NCBI GenBank assembly: GCA_964517765.1
Contig: CAZFEN010000002.1
Location: 7,568-71,567 of the forward strand
Direction of reading: 5' to 3'
Length of the DNA stretch: 64,000 nucleotides
Source: an uncultured Actinomycetota bacterium
GTDB lineage: Bacteria; Actinomycetota; Humimicrobiia; Humimicrobiales; Humimicrobiaceae
This document shows, one piece after another, positions 61,393 to 64,000 of this stretch (position 1 is its first letter; every line of letters starts with the position of its first letter). A program made the translations under genes and the position numbers. The notes under the pieces were generated by a model. The model saw nothing but the letters and a program-made list of their open reading frames with translations, was not told the DNA's origin and did no database searches.

Positions 61393-62301
61393 ATGAAACC
61401 AATTAAAATATGGATACTGGAAAGGAAATCAGATTTTAATTCCTATACGAGCAAAAGATTCAATGAAGTCGCCAGTAACGCAAATATAGAATTAAAACTG
61501 GTAGCTCCTGAAGAGTTGGATTTGATCGTTACAAAAGAAGACAAAAAAAGTATTATCTACAACGGTAATATTATAGAACTTCCTGATTGTTTGATTCCAA
61601 GAATTGGAACTGTTACATATTATGCACTTGCTATAATTAGACATTTTGAAAGACTTGGAGTTTTCATATTAAATCCAAGTCAGAGTATGGAAACTGCAAA
61701 AGATAAACTTTCAACATTACAGCTTTTATCATCTAATAACATTCCGATTCCCAAGACAATGCTCGCCAAGTTTCCTCTAAATACCTCCTTCGTAGAAAAA
61801 GAATTTTCTTATCCTTTGATAATAAAAACAGTTATAGGATCCAAAGGGAGGGGCGTCTTCCTTGTAGAGAATAGAAATAAATTAAATGACCTGGTAAATT
61901 TGCTGGAAATTTCAAAAGATCCTAAAACTAACTTAATCTTACAGGAGTTTATCAGTACCAGCAAAGGAAGGGATATAAGGGTCATTGTTATTGGTGGTAG
62001 AGCAATCGGCGCTATGCTCAGAACAGCGTCAGATGATAGTTTTAAAGCAAACTATTCAGCTGGAGGAGATATTTTGTCCTATAAAATAAATCCTACTATC
62101 GAATGGCTCGCCGTTGAATCAGCAAAAATAGTAGGTCTGGACATTGCAGGAGTTGATATTTTATTTGATCAAAATAGTTATAAAGTTTGCGAAGTAAATT
62201 CATACCCCGGATTTGAAGGATTCGAAAAAGCCACCAGGATAAATATACCGGAGGAAATTTTTAAATATATATTGGTCCGTCTGGGAGGAACCTTTTCTTA
62301 A
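61393..62301 (+). CDS. RimK-family ATP-grasp ligase (alpha-L-glutamate ligase-like)
   Basis: ATP-grasp fold with RimK-type motifs (…IIKTVIGSKGRGVF…, …ANYSAGGD…, …VNSYPGF…). 302 aa. Confidence 0.7.
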   Translation: MKPIKIWILERKSDFNSYTSKRFNEVASNANIELKLVAPEELDLIVTKEDKKSIIYNGNIIELPDCLIPRIGTVTYYALAIIRHFERLGVFILNPSQSMETAKDKLSTLQLLSSNNIPIPKTMLAKFPLNTSFVEKEFSYPLIIKTVIGSKGRGVFLVENRNKLNDLVNLLEISKDPKTNLILQEFISTSKGRDIRVIVIGGRAIGAMLRTASDDSFKANYSAGGDILSYKINPTIEWLAVESAKIVGLDIAGVDILFDQNSYKVCEVNSYPGFEGFEKATRINIPEEIFKYILVRLGGTFS

Positions 62302-62315
62302 AAATTATCTGTATT

Positions 62316-63683
62316 TTAACTGATTTCCAGAGCTTCCCGGTTAGCCTCGCGGTTAAATATTCTCATTTCATATAAAATAAATATACCCGCGATAAACAAA
62401 GATAAAAAATCAGCAAACGGCATTGCCAGCCAGATTCCATTTAAACCAAAAAACTTTGGTAGTAAATATATAGCTGGAATCAAAAATAAAAATTGTTTGG
62501 TAGAAGTGATCAGTAGCGATTGTACGGGTTTTCCCAGGGATTGGAAAAAACATGCACTGACCATATGCATACCTACAAAAGGGAAAAAAGCAACCAGTAA
62601 TCTTAAAGGTATTATCCCCGTGTTTACAAGAGTTTGATCACTGCTAAAAATACTTAAAAAATATCCTGGAAAGAACATCATGGGTATAAAAGCGACCAGG
62701 GATATGATGGTGGTCCACATTACTGTTATCCCTAATATTTTCTTGACACGCAGATATTTTTTTGCACCATAATTAAAGCTCGAGATAGTCGCGAAAGATT
62801 GCGATATCACAACTATGGGTACCTGTATAAATCCGATCATTCTGTAGCCTATTCCCAGAATAGCTATATGGATATCATTGCCGTATATTCGGAGCGATCT
62901 GTTAAAGATCAGAATCACCACACTGGTAATAGTCATCATAATAAAAGTCGGACAGCCAATAAGTAGTATTTCTTTTATTTTATTAAAATCTATCCTGAAT
63001 GTAGAAGGCTTTAGTTTATATATGCTTTTCCCCCATATATAAAACCATATAATAAGAATCGTACTCAATGTTTCACCGATAAGTGTTGCTACAGCAGCTC
63101 CTTTGATACCCATTTTAAAACCAAAAATAAAAATCGGATCAAGTATGATATTCAGTATGGATCCGACAGCAATAAAATACATTGCCGCCCTCGGCTTCCC
63201 CTCTGCCCTTACAAAATCATTTGTAGTAATCAGAAACGAAAGAAGTATGAAGCCGGGGAATACAATAATAAGGTATTCTTTTGTAAGCGGTATCACGTCT
63301 GCAGAAGCACCAAAAAATAAAAGCACCCTATCGATAAATATATATGCCAGTACTATGAAAGTAATATTCAGCAGTAAATTTAATATAACTCCGTTTCCCA
63401 TAGCATTTACTGCTTTTTTTACATCATTTTTACCCAGAGCTCTTGAAATTATAGAAGCGGAACCTGTTCCCACCATAAGTCCGATAGCCATCATCGAAAG
63501 CAATATAGGCAATGCTATGGAAAGAGCGGCTATCCCCAGAGGGCCTACTCCCCTGCCTACAAAAATCGTATCTACAATAATATAAAGGAATCCGGACAGC
63601 AGTCCAAGAATTCCTGGTATTGCAAAACTGAAGAGTAACTTATTTAAGTTACCCTCCAGTATTTGTTTTCTTTGAAAATCCAT
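62316..63683 (-). CDS. MATE-family efflux transporter
   Basis: 12-TM protein with the MatE duplicated architecture. Confidence 0.85.
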   Translation of the reverse strand: MDFQRKQILEGNLNKLLFSFAIPGILGLLSGFLYIIVDTIFVGRGVGPLGIAALSIALPILLSMMAIGLMVGTGSASIISRALGKNDVKKAVNAMGNGVILNLLLNITFIVLAYIFIDRVLLFFGASADVIPLTKEYLIIVFPGFILLSFLITTNDFVRAEGKPRAAMYFIAVGSILNIILDPIFIFGFKMGIKGAAVATLIGETLSTILIIWFYIWGKSIYKLKPSTFRIDFNKIKEILLIGCPTFIMMTITSVVILIFNRSLRIYGNDIHIAILGIGYRMIGFIQVPIVVISQSFATISSFNYGAKKYLRVKKILGITVMWTTIISLVAFIPMMFFPGYFLSIFSSDQTLVNTGIIPLRLLVAFFPFVGMHMVSACFFQSLGKPVQSLLITSTKQFLFLIPAIYLLPKFFGLNGIWLAMPFADFLSLFIAGIFILYEMRIFNREANREALEIS

Positions 63684-64000
63684 ATATTTATTTTAGGAGT
63701 TCATTTGCAAAATTAGATGAATACCTGTACGTCCTGCCCTTCCAGCTTACCTGAGATTTTCCTTTCCTTTGAAATAATAGTTTGGAATTCATAAAGATCA
63801 TATAAAATATCGATATCGGATGTAAAAATATATCAATAATTTTTCCATTTATTTTTATCTTAGCCATTGTCCTTGTTAATAAAATAGTCAGGATTTGAAA
63901 TAATAACATTGATAGATTCGAATAGAATAATACATTTGTCTTGAATTCAATAAATGGCAGCAGTGCCAGTAATATAAACGGGAGTAAAAAGAAAACAAAC

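Noticed and set aside
63688-63909. 73-aa minus-strand ORF immediately upstream of the MATE gene.
   Set aside because: It has no recognisable domain or convincing RBS, and it overlaps the likely promoter region of the MATE transporter. It cannot be distinguished from chance at this AT content.

Overview
This is a low-GC (about 30%) bacterial chromosomal window, densely packed with housekeeping genes and free of rRNA, CRISPR, integrase or transposase. From the start it runs: the C-terminal end of pheT, an MBL-fold hydrolase, a MacA/MacB-type tripartite ABC efflux module followed by an OmpR/HK two-component system and a small membrane protein, an FNR-like oxidoreductase and lnt. Next is a complete co-linear arginine cluster argCJBDF-argR-argGH with a palindromic candidate ArgR operator over its promoter, then a long U32 peptidase, a class A PBP with four C-terminal PASTA repeats, tyrS, an orphan hypA, and rny followed by a MutL/Hsp90-like GHKL ATPase protein in the slot where Firmicutes carry ymdB, and spoVS. 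After miaB-miaA-dapF-dapL-hflX comes an SOS island: lexA with a Cheo-type LexA box, ilvC, and a sigma-A-like promoter overlapped by two Cheo boxes that drives a small LysM membrane protein resembling the YneA division inhibitor, then a 24-bp tandem repeat and dut. On the minus strand from 37980 onward lie a hexapeptide acetyltransferase, a hypothetical protein, a MerR regulator behind twin palindromes, a DUF151 bifunctional nuclease, hpt, a DUF3048 lipoprotein, a DD-carboxypeptidase, an FtsR/Rv1828-type MerR and a GarA/OdhI-like FHA protein, which together echo the actinobacterial garA-ftsR-BFN cluster. Still on the minus strand and continuing toward the window end come tRNA-Pro(GGG), gpsA, der, a DUF512-like radical SAM protein, ispH, plsC, cmk, aroA and tyrA; an orphan plus-strand promoter and intrinsic terminator that look like a small-RNA locus; a YhfC/CPBP-like membrane protease, a GGDEF-HD-GYP protein, tkt, zwf, a CDF transporter, a RimK-family ligase on the plus strand, and a MATE transporter. 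The most interesting items are the GHKL-SpoVS pair after rny, the SOS-controlled YneA-like gene, the FHA-MerR-PBP5-lipoprotein operon with the nearby BFN-MerR pair, and the orphan promoter/terminator locus. All calls rest on reading the sequence and recalling family motifs; no database search was run.
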